Source: Mytilus californianus
Lineage: Eukaryota
DNA: 64,000 bases
Direction: 5' to 3'
Assembly (NCBI RefSeq): GCF_021869535.1
Contig: NW_026262581.1
Span: 75,764,001 to 75,828,000 of the forward strand
Shown: positions 39,101-54,100 of the stretch, piece after piece
How the letters are laid out: each line of letters opens with the position of its first letter
How positions within the stretch are numbered: the first letter of the stretch is position 1
Program-made: the position numbers and the translations under genes
The notes under the pieces: model-generated
The model's input: only the letters and a program-made list of their open reading frames with translations
Told to the model about the DNA's origin: nothing
The model's database searches: none

Positions 39101-42100
39101 ATCATACTTTAACTTTGTTTAAACCTGTTTATTTACTTTTGACTTTTAATTATTTATCCCTTGTAATTTTTTATTAACTGTGTATTTGCATTCAGGTGTC
39201 ACAGGTCAAATTTATTCGTTCATTGTGTGTTAATTTACGTTTTTTGATTGAGTTAAGCCTTCCAATTGATATTTTATAGTGTGTTTTTCTATGTTGTGAT
39301 GTTATACTATTGTTTCAGAAAAGGGAGAAGGTTTTGGTATCATTAAAACGTTTAATCCCGCTGCAAATGTTTGCACCTGTCCTAAGTCTGGAATCTGATT
39401 ACAGTAGTTGTCGTCTGTTTATGTAGTTCATATGTGTTTCTCGTTTCTCGTTTTTATATAAAGTAGACCGTTGGTTTTTATGTTTGACTGGTTTTACACT
39501 AGTAATTTTTTGGGGCCCTTTATAGCTTACTGTTCGGTGTGAGCCAATGCTCTGTGTTGAAGGCCTTACCTTGACCTATAATGGTTTACTTTTATAAATT
39601 GTAACTTGGATGGAGAGTTGTCTCATTGGCACTCATACCACATCTTCCTATATCTATATATAGCTCTGTTTGTCCAATTGGTTGTCAGTCTGTGCTTCTG
39701 TCTGTCAGTAACACATTCCAGTTGCACTTTTCTCAGCAACTTCAAGACAAATTTATGATATGATAGATGTCACCTAGCTTCATCTGGTTATGCAGTACTG
39801 TGTTCTACTTCCTGTTTGCAAAAGATGTCTTTTAAAAACTTTTTGTCACATTTTTCTCAGCAACTATAAGTTATAGATTTTAGGATATATTGCATAAGCT
39901 TCAACTGTTTAAAATGCTATACTGTGTTACATATTTTTTATCTTACAACATTTTTCTTTAAAAATACACAGTACCTCATGTTTCATCAAAAAAGACACTG
40001 AGCAGATTTTTGAATGAATGTGGTTAAGAATTTTTAACAAATTTGTTTATTGTTTATGTAGATATTTATGAATTTGTTGATGACAATGTCTCTTGTATAC
40101 TTTTAGGATATGATTAATTTTACCATAGCAACAAAAGATCGAACAAGTATACCTAATAGTTGGACAGAACTGTTGTCGAAACCATTCTACACCATAGATA
40201 ACATTGTGCTAATAAATCAACATACTATGAATGAATTTACATTGTAAGTGTTAAGCATCAGTAAACGTTTACTTCACATGTCATGAAAAAGCAGAAATTA
40301 TGTATATAATTTGACCCATCCAGTCATTAGAATCATTAAGATAATGGTTATAACTTTGATGTCTTTGTTATCTAGCCATTTTTAATACATGAAGAAAATA
40401 ATTAAATTTTTTGTTGAAATGATGTTTGAACCTCTTATTATGAAAAGTGATCATCACAATATAAACATATTCTATAGAGTTAAATAAGAGTAGGCACTTA
40501 ATTTTTTCCAGTAGAATGAAACAAAGTTGCATAATACTGTTTTACATTCCTAGTTTGATTTTGATCTTTGCCAGTTTTGTGGTTCTGAAGTGGTTCAATT
40601 GTAATTTCTTTTTTAAAACTCCACAGTTAGTTATAACTTCTGTGTGCTTAGATAAGAAGCTTTTTTGTTTTATGACATATCTAATAGTTATTAATTAACA
40701 TGACAGATTTTTTCATTCAGCTTATTGTCTGTTGACACAAAGTGATGCTTTGTGATTTAGCCTTCAGCAGATGCTTTTTTGTAGCTGGAAGAATACAATA
40801 AGAACATATTATTCATTGATTGTTGAAAATTTTGTAGGTTGAGATTGACACTTGCCTTTAATAATGTCAACTTTACCAAAGAATTTGAAACTGAACTGAC
40901 CTTGAGAGACTACATAGATGTTCAGGTCAAGGAGTTTATTACACAAGCTTTGAATGATGGAATTGTTACTGTTTCTAATGTTTGGCCAGAACAGGTAACT
41001 CATTTACAGTTCTATGGTCTTAGTTCCAAATTTTTCATTATTCATTTTTAGTCCACATTTTTGTCTCGCCTTGACGGCGACGGCGGCAGCGTCAACAATG
41101 TATTAGTTTGTGATTAGGTCAGTTTATGGGGAACCACTAGTGGTAGGTCAATGATATTTGGTATGCAGTTATATAAGCATTGGCATATTTCATTTCCATG
41201 GAGAATATTTGGCCCCGCCCCCTCAGTCATGGTCTATTGACTTTGAAACATTTGCTTAGTTTATATGTATTAGTTTGTGATTAGATCAGTTTAAGATGAA
41301 GTGCTACTGTTAAGTCAATGATATTTGGTATGCAAATTTATTGGCATTTGCAAGTCTTATTTCCATGGAGATTATAAAGCCCCCACCCCCTCATCATGGT
41401 TCATTGACTTTGAAACTTTTACATAGTTTACAAGTTAATGTTTGTGCTTAGGTTTGTTTAAAGGGAACGACTTATGATAAGTCAATGGTATATGGTATGC
41501 AGTTGTATTAACATTGGCACATCTCATTTCCATGGAGATTGTTCAGCCATGTACCTTCAGTCATGGTTCATTGACTTTGAATATTTGCATAACTTACATG
41601 TTAAAGTATTGCTATTTTAATTGCAACATTTGCATTATCAAAATTACAAATAGGTGAGACATATCTCTGTTATAACAGTTTATTATGATGATGATGATGA
41701 TGATGGATACTTAACGTCTAGCGACAAATTAAATTCATATTCAGGACAAGAACATATTAATATTCTGTAAATTCAGAAATTTTTGTAAGTCTTCAAGTAA
41801 TGCGAATAATGTGACTGGTTGAGTATTGCAACAATAAGAACTCGCATTCTGATATGTGTTATAGATACATGTATCTGTATGCAGATTTTACTGAAATCAC
41901 AATAATTTATCATTGCATTTTTGTCCATTCTTCAAAACATCTGTCCAATCATTTGCAGTTACATGTGATCCAAGCTGACTGAATGCTTTTATGTTACTGT
42001 AAACATAATATTGGAGAAAAAATGTGGTTGTTTAAAAATCCCCCCCCCCCCCCCCCTTCCAAAAAAAAATAAATGTAACTTTCAAAAATCTGTTTCAAAA

Positions 42101-45100
42101 CTCCAAAGGAGCTTTTCATACAAAAGTTTACTTTTCAAAACAGTTCAGGCAAACTTTGGCATTTAATGAAACCTGCAGCCTGTGGTATTTGTCAATTCAA
42201 TTTTCTAGGGTTAATGAATCTTTGTTTCTCATTGTATCTCATTAAAATACATTTATTTTATTATATTTGTGTTGCCAGGTATAATTGAATCCTTCTTTTC
42301 TTAACAATATGTTTTAAGACATAGCTATATTTTTTCGATTTAAATTCATTTGTGAAAATAATCAAATGTTTAAATGGAGATCAGTCTGACCTCAGGTTAC
42401 TGTGAAATACTTTCTGAACTTACAAAACTAGTTTACCCTTTTTTATGCCCCCGCCTTAGTGGTAGGGGCATTAAGTTTTACCCTTGTCCGTCTGTACGTA
42501 CGTTCGTCCCAAAATTGGTTTCCGTTCTCTAACTAGAGTTTGCCTCAACCAAATGTTATGAAACTTATACACAATGCTTATTACCACAAAACACAGATGA
42601 AGTTTGAATTTTGGAGGCGTCACTTTAACCGTTCTAGAGTTATGCCCCTTTATAAATGGAAAAATTGCAAAATTTTTATACGACCGCAAAAAAATTTTTG
42701 TGGTCGTATATTGGTATGACGTTTGCGGCGTCGTCGTCCGAAAACACATTAGTTTTCGCACTCTAACTTTAGTTTAAGTGAATGGATCTCAATGAAATTT
42801 TATCATAAGGTTCAATACCACAAAAGGAAGGTGGGGATTGATTTTGGGGGTTATGGTACCAACAGTTAAGGAATTAGGGGCCAAAAATAAGCATTTTTGT
42901 AACTTCCAGACATAACTTGTGTGTAAGTGTATGGATCTCTCTGACATTGTACCACAAGGTTCCATATCACAAAGGGAATGCTGGGATTGATTTTTGGGGT
43001 AATTGCCTCAAAATTTTAGGAATAAGGGGCAAAAAAGGGGCAAAAAACAAGCATTTTTCTAGTTTCATGACAATAACTGGTGTGCAAGTCTATGGATCTC
43101 TCTGACATTGTATCACAAGGTTCCATATCACAAAGGGAATGCTGGGATTGATTTTGGGGGTAATTGCCTCCAAATTTTAGGAATTAGGGGCCAAAAAGGG
43201 GCAAAAAACAAGCATTTTTCTAGTTTCATGGCAATAACTTGTGTGTAAGTGTATGGATCTTTATGAAATTGTACTACAAGGTTCCATATCACAAATGGAA
43301 AGCTGGTATTGGGTTTGGGGGTAGCATTTTTCTAAGTTTCCAGACAATAACTTGTGTTCAAGTGTATGGATCTCTCTGAAATTGTACTGCAAGGTACCAT
43401 ACCACAAAGGGAATGCTGGGATTGATTTTGGGGGTAATTGCCTCCAAATTTTAGGAATTAGGGGGCAAAAAGGGGCAAAAAACAAGCATTTTTCTAGTTT
43501 CATGACAATAACTTGTGTAAGTAAGTCTATGGATCTCTCTGACATTATATCACATGGTTCCATATCACAAAGGGAATGCTGGGATTGATTTTGGGGGTAA
43601 TTGCCTCAAAATTTTAGGAATTAGGGGCAAAAAAGGGGCAAAAAACAAGCATTTTTCTAGTTTCATGGCAATAACTTGTGTGTAAGTGTATGGATCTTTA
43701 TGAAATTGTACTACAAGGTTCCATATCACAAAGGGAAAGCTGGGTTTGAGTTTGGGGGTAATTGCCCTAAACGTTTAGGAATTTGGGACCAAAAAGGGGC
43801 CAAAAAACAAGCATTTTTCTAGTTTCCAGACAATAACATGTGTTCAAGTGTATGGATCTCTCTGAAATTGTACTGCAAGGTACCATACCACAAAGGGAAG
43901 GCTGGGATTGAGTTTTGGGGTGATGAATCATAAGGGGGTTCAAAAAATTTGGGGGGGGGGATTTTTTTTCTTTTTTTTTCTTTAAAATTTTCCATTTTAA
44001 TTTGTTATTTCTGATTTATATATAAAAGCAAATAATAATGATATGGTTTGAATAGGTAAATTAAAATTTTTTAAGTATCTTAGACCACTTTCATTCTGTG
44101 TCAGAAACCTATGCTGTGTCAAATATTTAATTACAATCCAAATTCAGTGCTGAATCAAGCTTGAATGTTGTGTCCATACTTGCCCCAACTGGTCAGGGTT
44201 CGACCTCTGCGGTCGTATCAAGCTGCGCCCCAGCGGAGCATTTTATTAGTTTCTGTTCTCTAACTTAAGTTTGCCTCAACCAAATGTTATGAAACTTATA
44301 CACAATGCTTATTACGACAAAACACAGATCAAATTTGAATTTTTGTGGCCTCACTTTATCTGTTCTAGAGTTATGCCCCTTTATAAATGGAAAAATTGCA
44401 AAACTTTTAGTTTCCATTCTCTAACTTAAGTTTGCCTCAACCAAATGTTATGAAACTTGTACACAATGCTTATTACCACAAAACACAGATCAAGTTTGAA
44501 TTTTGGTGGCGTCACTTTAACAGTTCTAGAGTTATGCCCCTTTATAAATGGAAAAATTGCAAAATTTTTATTTTCTTCTAAATATCAAGTAATTTTTTAA
44601 ATTGGAGTTATCTTCCTTTGTCCATGATTATAGTTGAATCAACTACAATCAATGCTTTATACAATGCAAATGTTTAATTTTGACTTCCACTGATAAAACA
44701 CAGATCAAGTTGAATTTGAGTAGTGTCACTTTAACCATTATTGAGTTATGCCCCTTTATAAATCGAAAGATTGCAAAATTTTTAGTTTCCATTCTGTAAC
44801 TTTAAGTTTGCCCTAACCAAACATTATGAAACCTATACACAATATTCATTACCACAAAACTAAGATCAAGTACAAATTTTTTGTTTCCGTTTTCTAACTT
44901 TAGTTTGTCTCAACCAAATGTTATGAAACTTATACACAATGCTTATTACTACATAATACAGATTAAGTACCAAATTTGGTGGCGACACTTTTACCATTCT
45001 TGAGTTATGTCCCTTTATAAACATAAAAATTGCTGAATTTTTCGTTTCCATTCTCTAACTTTAGTTTGTCTCAACCAAATGTTATAAAACTTATACACAA

Positions 45101-48100
45101 CTGTTCTAGAGTTATGCGTGTATACAAATACAAAAATTGCTGAAATTTTAGTTTCTGTTCTCTACTTAAGTTAGCCTCAACCAAATGTTATGAGACTTAC
45201 ACACAATGCTTATTACCTCAAAACTCAGATCAAGTTCAAATTTGGGTAGCATCACTTTTACTGTTCTTCAGTTATGTCCCTTTATAACTGTATGATATGC
45301 AAGCGGGGGCATCATCTGTGTCCACATGTGGACACTATCCACATTTATTTTTTTAATTTTCATATATTTATATTCAAGAATGAGATATCCTTCATGCTGA
45401 ATACTACAACAAATAAAACAGTTTTGATGCAACACATCCAGACATGGAATATATCAACACTACCTAGCATAGATGTGTTTGGCAGGAAGTTAAGCTTAGT
45501 GAATACCAGTGTTGAGCATAGTTACAACTCTATGTGTCATGTCAACTGCCACCAAATGTGAGTAATATAGGGTTTTAACCATTATAACTCTTATATTGAT
45601 ATAGTTGTTAAGAATGAAAGAAGAAACTTAAGATGTTCTGTGTTTATTCTCTTCTCTTTATCTGACTTACTTTGAAAATAATATTTCTTCTTTTCCTTTC
45701 ATTATACACACTAGAAACACAGTTTTTGGGGTGTCTATAAAATCAACCTGTCTGTCTGTCACTTCAAACTTTTAGAATAAGTTAAACATCACCATTGAAA
45801 GGATCTTTTATACTGTTTAGTTTGTTTGGAATTTTGCCCCTTTCAGTGTAGACATTTTTATCCTTTTCTGAATCAACTGTTGACCTAATTATAGCCTACT
45901 TAAATAGCATTTTATCCTCAGGGCATATAACTTGACTCATGTCCATTCTTCAGTTAGATATAAGTTTTTTTGTAAAACATTACAATGCCAAGTTTCAGGT
46001 CCTCAGACCTGTGATAAAATTTGAAATTTTTTAGCTCCAGTTTGTGCCTCTGAACTGGAGATTTTTTTATCTGCATTAATTTTGTTAGTGAAACTACATA
46101 TTTCACATTTTGTTAGATTTGTTCATGACCAATGTGATTTATTATGACCTTCTCTAAACAAGATTAACGTAGAACCTCAGGAATCATCAAACAAATTGGA
46201 CAGTCATGGAGTAAAGGCAGTTTTCACTATCTTGTTCCCTTCATAATAAACTTCACCTTCATTTATCATAAGTAAAAACCTGAAATCTCAACTCAATGAG
46301 ATTTTAAAGACGATTTAAAGTCTTGATATCAGGTTCTGTATTAGATTCATTACAAGTAAAATTTAAAAGCATTTAAAGAAGCAAGTTTTCGATATATTAT
46401 ATTTTATATGTGATACAAAATTAAAATCATTTAAGAAACATTTCTTTACTGAACCTGCAGTTAATTTGCTATTAATTTATATTTTTATTAATAAGGATAT
46501 TTTTAAAAAGTAGAGTTTAAAAAAAAATAGCAACATAAGGGGAGTAACTCTAAATAATTTACTTCCAAACATGTGATTGAAATACATTGTATATGACATT
46601 AGACTAAGGAACACATTTTCATATGTCTGTGATAGTCAGTTCAATTTTCAACAACATCAAAGATTGCGGAGTCATTGTTTGCATACCTACTTCCATTTTT
46701 TGTTTTTTTTCACTTTTAAAAATCCAGGCAGATTGTGCCATAAACTAACTTGTTGATGACCAGGTAATGGTCAATAATCTTTAAATCCTGTATTCTGTGG
46801 ATTCAGTATACCATTTTTGTGGATTTCATAGGTATAGTTGAACCATCAAAGAAGTAAAAATCCTGGTTTGAAATCCAGTTCCCTCGGGAGGGTGGAAGTT
46901 CTTGCTCCACTTTTGGCACCTATTATATTGCTTATGGCAAATAAAAATCTGGTGATATTAAAGTAACATTCTGGGATTTCATAATTAAATAGAAGAGGAT
47001 AGGATCTGTCATCAAGGGGATTATATCTGTCACCATTTGTGCAACAGTAATGCCATAATAGTCAACAAAGTTATGGTGGCTTAAATTAAAACTTTTTCAA
47101 GTGATGAACAACAATTCCATTCAAAACCCTTGGTTCAAAAGCTTCCTTTTAAGAAGCAACCCTTGATGAAGGAAATCATGTTAGTAAACACATGTCCTGG
47201 AATATCATATAAATTTGAGAATATAAACTCCGTAGGAATGTATGTATAGAAAGTGACCATAATTCAAAATAACAGACACAAAAATACTGTTATATAACAT
47301 CATTTAATCAAAAATTCGTAAGGGTTCCGCAGAACCCAGTGTCTCGCCTACTTTTCTGTTAATCGCAGGCTCAACAAAAATGAGGAAGTAAATCAATAAA
47401 AATATTCCTCTTGATACTATCTTTTGATTGTAAGAAGCTTCTGCCTAAGTTTGGTAAAAATCCAGGATAGTTTATGAATCTAATAAATGTTTAAAAACTT
47501 TAACTGCAGACTGAATGTAATGTTAACTGGAAGAAAACAAAATTTCCTTCTAGATACTAGCTTTTGATCATAAACAAGCTTCTGTCCAAATTTGGTACAA
47601 ATCCAAAATAGTATAAGAAAGTTATTAAAATTTTAAAAACTTTAACCACAGAGTGCATGTGTTGTTTCCTGGCAGAAAATCTTAGTCCATTTAAAAGTAA
47701 AATAAGGAAAAAATGGATTTATTTTTTTACAAAATTTACTTCTGGATACTATCTTATGATCATAAACAAGCTTCTGTCCAAGTATGGTACAAACCCAGGA
47801 TAGTTTAAGAAAGTTATTAAAATTTTAAAAACTTTCACCACAGAGTGAATGTAATATTTCCCGGCAGAAAAAGTAAGTCCATTTATAAGTAAAATACGGA
47901 AAAAATGGAATTTTATTTTTACAAAATTTACTTCTGGATACTATCTTATGATCATAAACAAGCTTCTGTCCAAGTTTGGTAGAAATCAAGGATAGTTTAA
48001 GAAAGTTATTAAAATTTCAAAAACTTTAACCACAGAGTGAATATTTGTGGACGCCGCCGGCGACGACGACGACACCGACGGAATGTAGGATCGCTATGTC

Positions 48101-51100
48101 TCGCTTTTTCGACTAAAGTCGAAGGCTCGACAAAAAGCACAATAAAAGAATACATTGATTTATTTGAAATGTATAAATTATCATATAAAGTACAGAATTT
48201 TATATGAAAGCAAGAAGACAATTTTTTTGTTATAAGATGCATAGATTATGAAATGGCCTTTTTCTATTTATAATATACTTTTTCGTTAAATCATAATCAC
48301 ATAAGTTAAACCAGGTGAAAAAATTGACACAAAATGACATTTGTTCACAGTTTAAAGGCAGTTACACTGCATTATGCTTTCATAACGGTTTTTTCATCTG
48401 TTGGTTTTTCATTTAGTTGTGAAAAAAATATCAGCTCCTCAAATTATATGTCTAAAATAGTTAAAGCAGATATAAAAAACGTTCTGAATTGCTTCCCTTT
48501 GTAGATGTACCTTTCATAAAAAGTAGAAAGAATAAATAGTTGAGGGAAATATGAATATTGTCAAAAATGTGCAATATATTATGACTGATCAGTACATGCC
48601 CTCTCTTTTGTAAATAAAATTTATTATTAAAAAATATTCTTTTTTTAATTTTCAATGTTTTGATTGTATATATATTTTAAAAAGGTCTTAGATACAGAAG
48701 GGATCTTACATAAATTTTTGACGAAAGTCAACATTGATTTGCTCTCCCGAAATATGCAAAGGAAAATAATTACCTTCATGCATTACATTTTCTAGATATT
48801 TCAGTTTGAAGTTTTGGTATTTTAGGTAATAGAAAGCAGTAGATTACTTTTGCAACAAATGCATACAAAAAATATCTACTGTTGACCTTTTCTTGCAATC
48901 TATATAACATTCTTGAAGCAGTTTACAATCAATGAGGAAAGAAAAAAAATAATGGGGTCTATTTGCTTACTTTTAGCTAAAAACAGAATACTTACTTTTC
49001 TTAATGCTGAAAATTTAATTTCCAATTTCTAGAGCTAAATCAAAGTGCACTGTACTCTTAATAAAACATTGTCATGCAGTTTTTCTTGCCATACTTCAAA
49101 ATGTTATTACTGCCATAATTTAGAACTTATTAATGACAGAAAAGTAAACAGTCTTCATATGCCTATAATTTTATGACCCTGGCCCTGCAGTAGATTTTGT
49201 GTGCTTAAATATACTTTGTGTTTGTTTTCCTTTGCAAATGCTTTCAAATTCACTTAGCCAATTTGATGACCTCTGGGAAATTTTCTGCCAATTTTGGATG
49301 CTTATCATTTAATAGCAATACATTACATTTAGATGCATTACTATTTCCCCTTGCTAAAGTATCATATGACCATAAGCAGTTTAAAATTACATTTGGATGT
49401 TATTACAAAGTTATTGTCAAGTGGATTTCATTTCATATATGATTTGAAAACTGCTTGTATTTTCTTTTATCAAAATCATTCAAAATTGAATTACTAAAAA
49501 ATGTACATGTATTGACAACATTTGTAACCGGATTACTTTTGAACTACATAACCTGCATTGTGGATGATTAACTGACATGAATGGATGAAATGTTGTTAAA
49601 ATATATAACTTGTTGACATTTTTCACTTATCAGATCCTGTAAACAAGAAATAACATTGATGTGACATGCAACATGTGTGTACTGAAATATACCATGAACA
49701 TCAGGAAACAATGTAATTTTTGGGGGAGTGTTTTATTTTCTGTCTCTTGATTTTGAAGAAAGAAATTCATTGATTTAAGAAATAAAAAAAATAAATGATA
49801 ATTTTGTTTTGCAATCCTTCTTTTGGTCAATATCATTCCCTTTTATTGGGGAAAAATTATATTGTGCACTTTCAAGTTCCAACGAGTACATGTAACTAAA
49901 ATGGCTTGCATGGAATGATTAAAGATAAAATAATGTATGGCACTTTTGCAATAAATCCAGATTCTTATAGCAAATTACAAACAAAATCAATAGATTAGAT
50001 GTAGTGTTAAATATACCTTTGAATAATGACTTGTTGTGAATTTGAATTTAAAAACAAATTGAAAATTTAAATAAATTGACACGAACAAGATAAGAACCAT
50101 TTTAAAGTTTAATAAATATGATAAAGATTTGTCTATTAAAGGGTGTTTTTTTTATATTTTACTTCATTCTTCTAAATTATACATGTATGCTTAACTTGTG
50201 TGTAACATGCAGTGTTATAATGATAATTGCACATGCAAAAAAAATATTTTGAATGAAATGAATCAGTAATTGACACTTGAAACTCCCAAGGGGAATAAAT
50301 AGTTCCTTTTAAGGTCCTGAGTTGGCAATTTGTTGTAGCAAACATTGTCCTTTTGATTTGTGTGAAAATGACTTTTATGAAAATGAGCTGTTGTTGTAAG
50401 CACTTCTGCTTCGTCGTCTTTGTAAGCTGCCACAAAATTTGTTGAAAAGTTTTCATTGTGAACATGTAAATTGTCTAATGCCCACTGCATCTTCACATCA
50501 GAAACAAGTCTTTTCTGAGTCCGTGGAGTTCTTGTTTTCTTCATCATTCTGACTGCAGTATCCAGCGATTTTTTGAATTTTTCACCGTTAGGTCCTTTCA
50601 CTGGCACAACTAAGGTCACAGAAAATGCAGTTCCTTTGTTTCGAATCATCAACAAACACATCTGAAATAAACGTTCCTCGTCAATTCTCGGTGTAACTAT
50701 GTAAACACTTGCACCACAACCAAACCAGTCATCTAGTAAACTTTTCCACAATCTCATTATATAATCATGCTGCATTATACCCCCACCTTCTGGTATCATA
50801 TCCAGTAAGTCTTGAACCTGGAAAAAATAAATAAAATCAACATACATGTACATTTCAATTAAATAAAATCAACATACATGTACATTTCAATAAAATAAAA
50901 TCAACATACATGTACATTTCAATAAAATAAAATCAACATACATGTACATTTCAATAAAATAAAATCAACATACATGTACATTTCAATAAAATAAAATCAA
51001 CATACATGTACATTTCAATGAATCTAGAAAATAGAAACAGTTGTCAAATAAATGTAACCCTTTCAGTATCTACCGTTTTATTTTGACAATTGAAAAAAAG

Positions 51101-54100
51101 GCATTTATAGCTTGCTATGCAATATGGGTTTTGCTCATTGTTGAAGGATGTACAGTGACCTATAGTTGCTAACCTTGTACGTTATTTTATCTCTGCTGGA
51201 AAGTTGTCTCATTGGCAATCTCACCACATCTTCTTATTTTTATATTTAACTAGCATTGTGACCAATACTAGAGTAGACAAATACATTGTACATGAAGGAA
51301 AGCATAGTCTTTTTAGTACACTACTAATGTGCAATCATACATCATCATTTGTTGTTATATATCTTAATTATACTACATGTACATATAACGGTAATACACA
51401 ATTATTAGTTTCATTGACATTACTATTATGATGCATATGATTGTTCATAAAGATAAACACAGCCATTTTTCAAACAGAGGCATTTATCAGACAGTATTGC
51501 AATATAATTGTGCTAAATATTAAGTTACCAACAATTTCATCATACAGTTATGTTTAAGGATGTTTTTTGTAAATAAAATTTAAAGTTGTTCCCTTTTAGT
51601 TAATTCTGCCATAACAAACATTTGATAACTAAAATACATGAGAACTAAACATCTCAAACTTTGATATACAGGTATATATTATAAAAGTGTTTATCATGTA
51701 GATAAAATACTAAAATGTTCAGGGTATACAATGTTTTAGTAACATTTGTGAATTCTATAGTTGTTTATTAGTTTCTCTGAATGTAATGTACTATATGTCG
51801 GTAAAATCTTCAGGCTATAAAATTAAACCGTAATGTACTATAATAACCATGTTTACTCCTGACACATGTAATTTACAATTATGGTTTGATGGACTTTTAA
51901 AACTAGGCTTTAAGTATAGATAATAGTCTGCTAGCAGTTTATTATATTATTCTAAACTAATTTAGTGTTATTATGGTTGAATTAGTCATTTACTTCTCAT
52001 GGAAAATCCAAGACCAATTAGATTATTATGAGTACATGTACATGTATCTTTTTCATTGTACATACATGTAACAAGTATACAGTGACAATACATGTAGTTG
52101 AAACCCCATACATGTAATTGAAAAATAGCATGCACTACTTGATTATATATATTACTTAATATCCAAGGCATTTATGGTAGTTTAAATTCAGTAGATTCGA
52201 TACATGTAGTATTCTTTGACATATATTGATCATGCTTGGTTAGATGCTCAGCATTCTTGAATAAATAAATATCTTAATATATGTGAGAATTTGATCTTTT
52301 TGAAGGATTAACTGTGGGTCAAAATGTAGGTCATTTAAAAAAAACAGGTGAGGATTTAAGGGGACTCATGTTATACACTAACCCTAAAACCAGTGAAAAA
52401 ATCTGGTTTGGGTGTTTGCAGTGTCAACAATTGTAAAATGTTTTTAATTTGACATACATGTATGTGTCTCTATGTTAATAGTTTATTTTGATGGGTTTAC
52501 CTGGTTGGGGAGGATCCTCATAAATGGATACTATCCTCATTTATGGTTATTATACCTTAAAATGGGTATCAATTTTCAGTGATAAAAATATAAACTTTGA
52601 ATTTACAGATGTTTTTTGTCATGGAGGAAACATTCGGGTAAAGAACAACATTTTGCCTAAAGACACCATGACTGAAATATCACCAGGATAAAAGTTAACA
52701 GCCTTCAAAAAGTAGGATTTTTGGAGGCCATTATCTCTATGTTCAGTTCTTATTTGAACTATGGTCTTAAATGGAAAAATGTTGTCATTTGCATGAATAT
52801 TTTCGCCATGACAGCTATCATGATGAAATAAAAATTTCAATATATTTATCACTGTAAACCGGATTTTGGGTATAATACCCATAAATTACCCATTTATGAG
52901 GAACTTCTTCAACCTGTTTACTTATGTAAAAAGCTGTTCCTTGCTGCACACAATTGGAACTGTTGAGATGAGATGGATGCAAAGCAAAAGTTTAAGGAAA
53001 TAGCAAATAAAAAGCTGTTCATTGGATACCTGTATATTGAAATATATAAAATAAGACTTTTATTGATGTTCTTCATCTTTGCCATTAACTAAAGAGTTCC
53101 CATATCGTACAACAAGGTCAGGATTAAATAAGTCACATGCTTTTAACCAACCCCATTGTCAACTCTTTAAAATATCTTATACATTGGTGATGAAAAGATT
53201 TGCAAACACGATGAATAATTGGTATGGAAAAAAGTTTCTAGATTATTTATAGTTACCTCTTCCACATTTTTATCCAGTTGTAGATAACGTGTTACAGAAT
53301 TGTCTGATACAGATTGCACATCTGCCAATTCCTGCATGTCGGAATTAGCTTGCTCCAAAATGTCTGCAAAATTGTCTATAAACCATATCCAGTGATTTTT
53401 ACCATAAATTTTCATTATTCCTGTTCGTTTATTAATTTTCACTGTCACTGCGGGAGCAATTTTCATTTTGGTGATGTCTGCTTTCTCCCTATAAGTTTTA
53501 TCGGGGAATATACTTTTGAACACACGTAACCACCATATAGTTTTGTCACCCTTATATGCTGTTGTAACAACAATTTCATTTCCTTTGTCAAAAAAATCCA
53601 CATCCACTGGGGTAGGAGTAGCCCAGATCTGAGAGAGAATTTTACGTCGGTCTTTCTTAGATGGCATTGTTCCGATTATTTAGTCTCTTGTTTTACATGA
53701 CCTGACCCTGAAAAGGATTTAATAGGCATGTAAGACAACAATCATAAAAATCAATGATCACTTCCTTAATGTAAAGAATGTTATTTCAAATAATCATGTG
53801 ATCTAAATATTGTCATGAATAATGAAGTATGAACTATTACCTTTGAATAATTTTTATAAAATCCATATGAATATTAAGATCAGAGCAATGTGTTGTAAAT
53901 CTATTAACAATACACAAACCTATGTGTAATATCTATCTTTGTTATGACACACCTGTGTTTTCACCTGAAAGAAACCATTGAAATGATTTCATTGGCTTTC
54001 TATCTTAAATTGTCCAATCAAATCTTTAGTTTGCTTTAGGGCAGAATAAACAAGTGAATATCTTATCACCCACTTGACTATAAATAGTAAGTAATTGTCA

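Noticed and set aside
46162-46360. Exon-like segment (INVEPQESS..KAVFTILF) after an AG
   Set aside because: Contains in-frame TAA TAA, has the wrong phase to follow exon 25, and exon 25 joins exon 26 cleanly without it.
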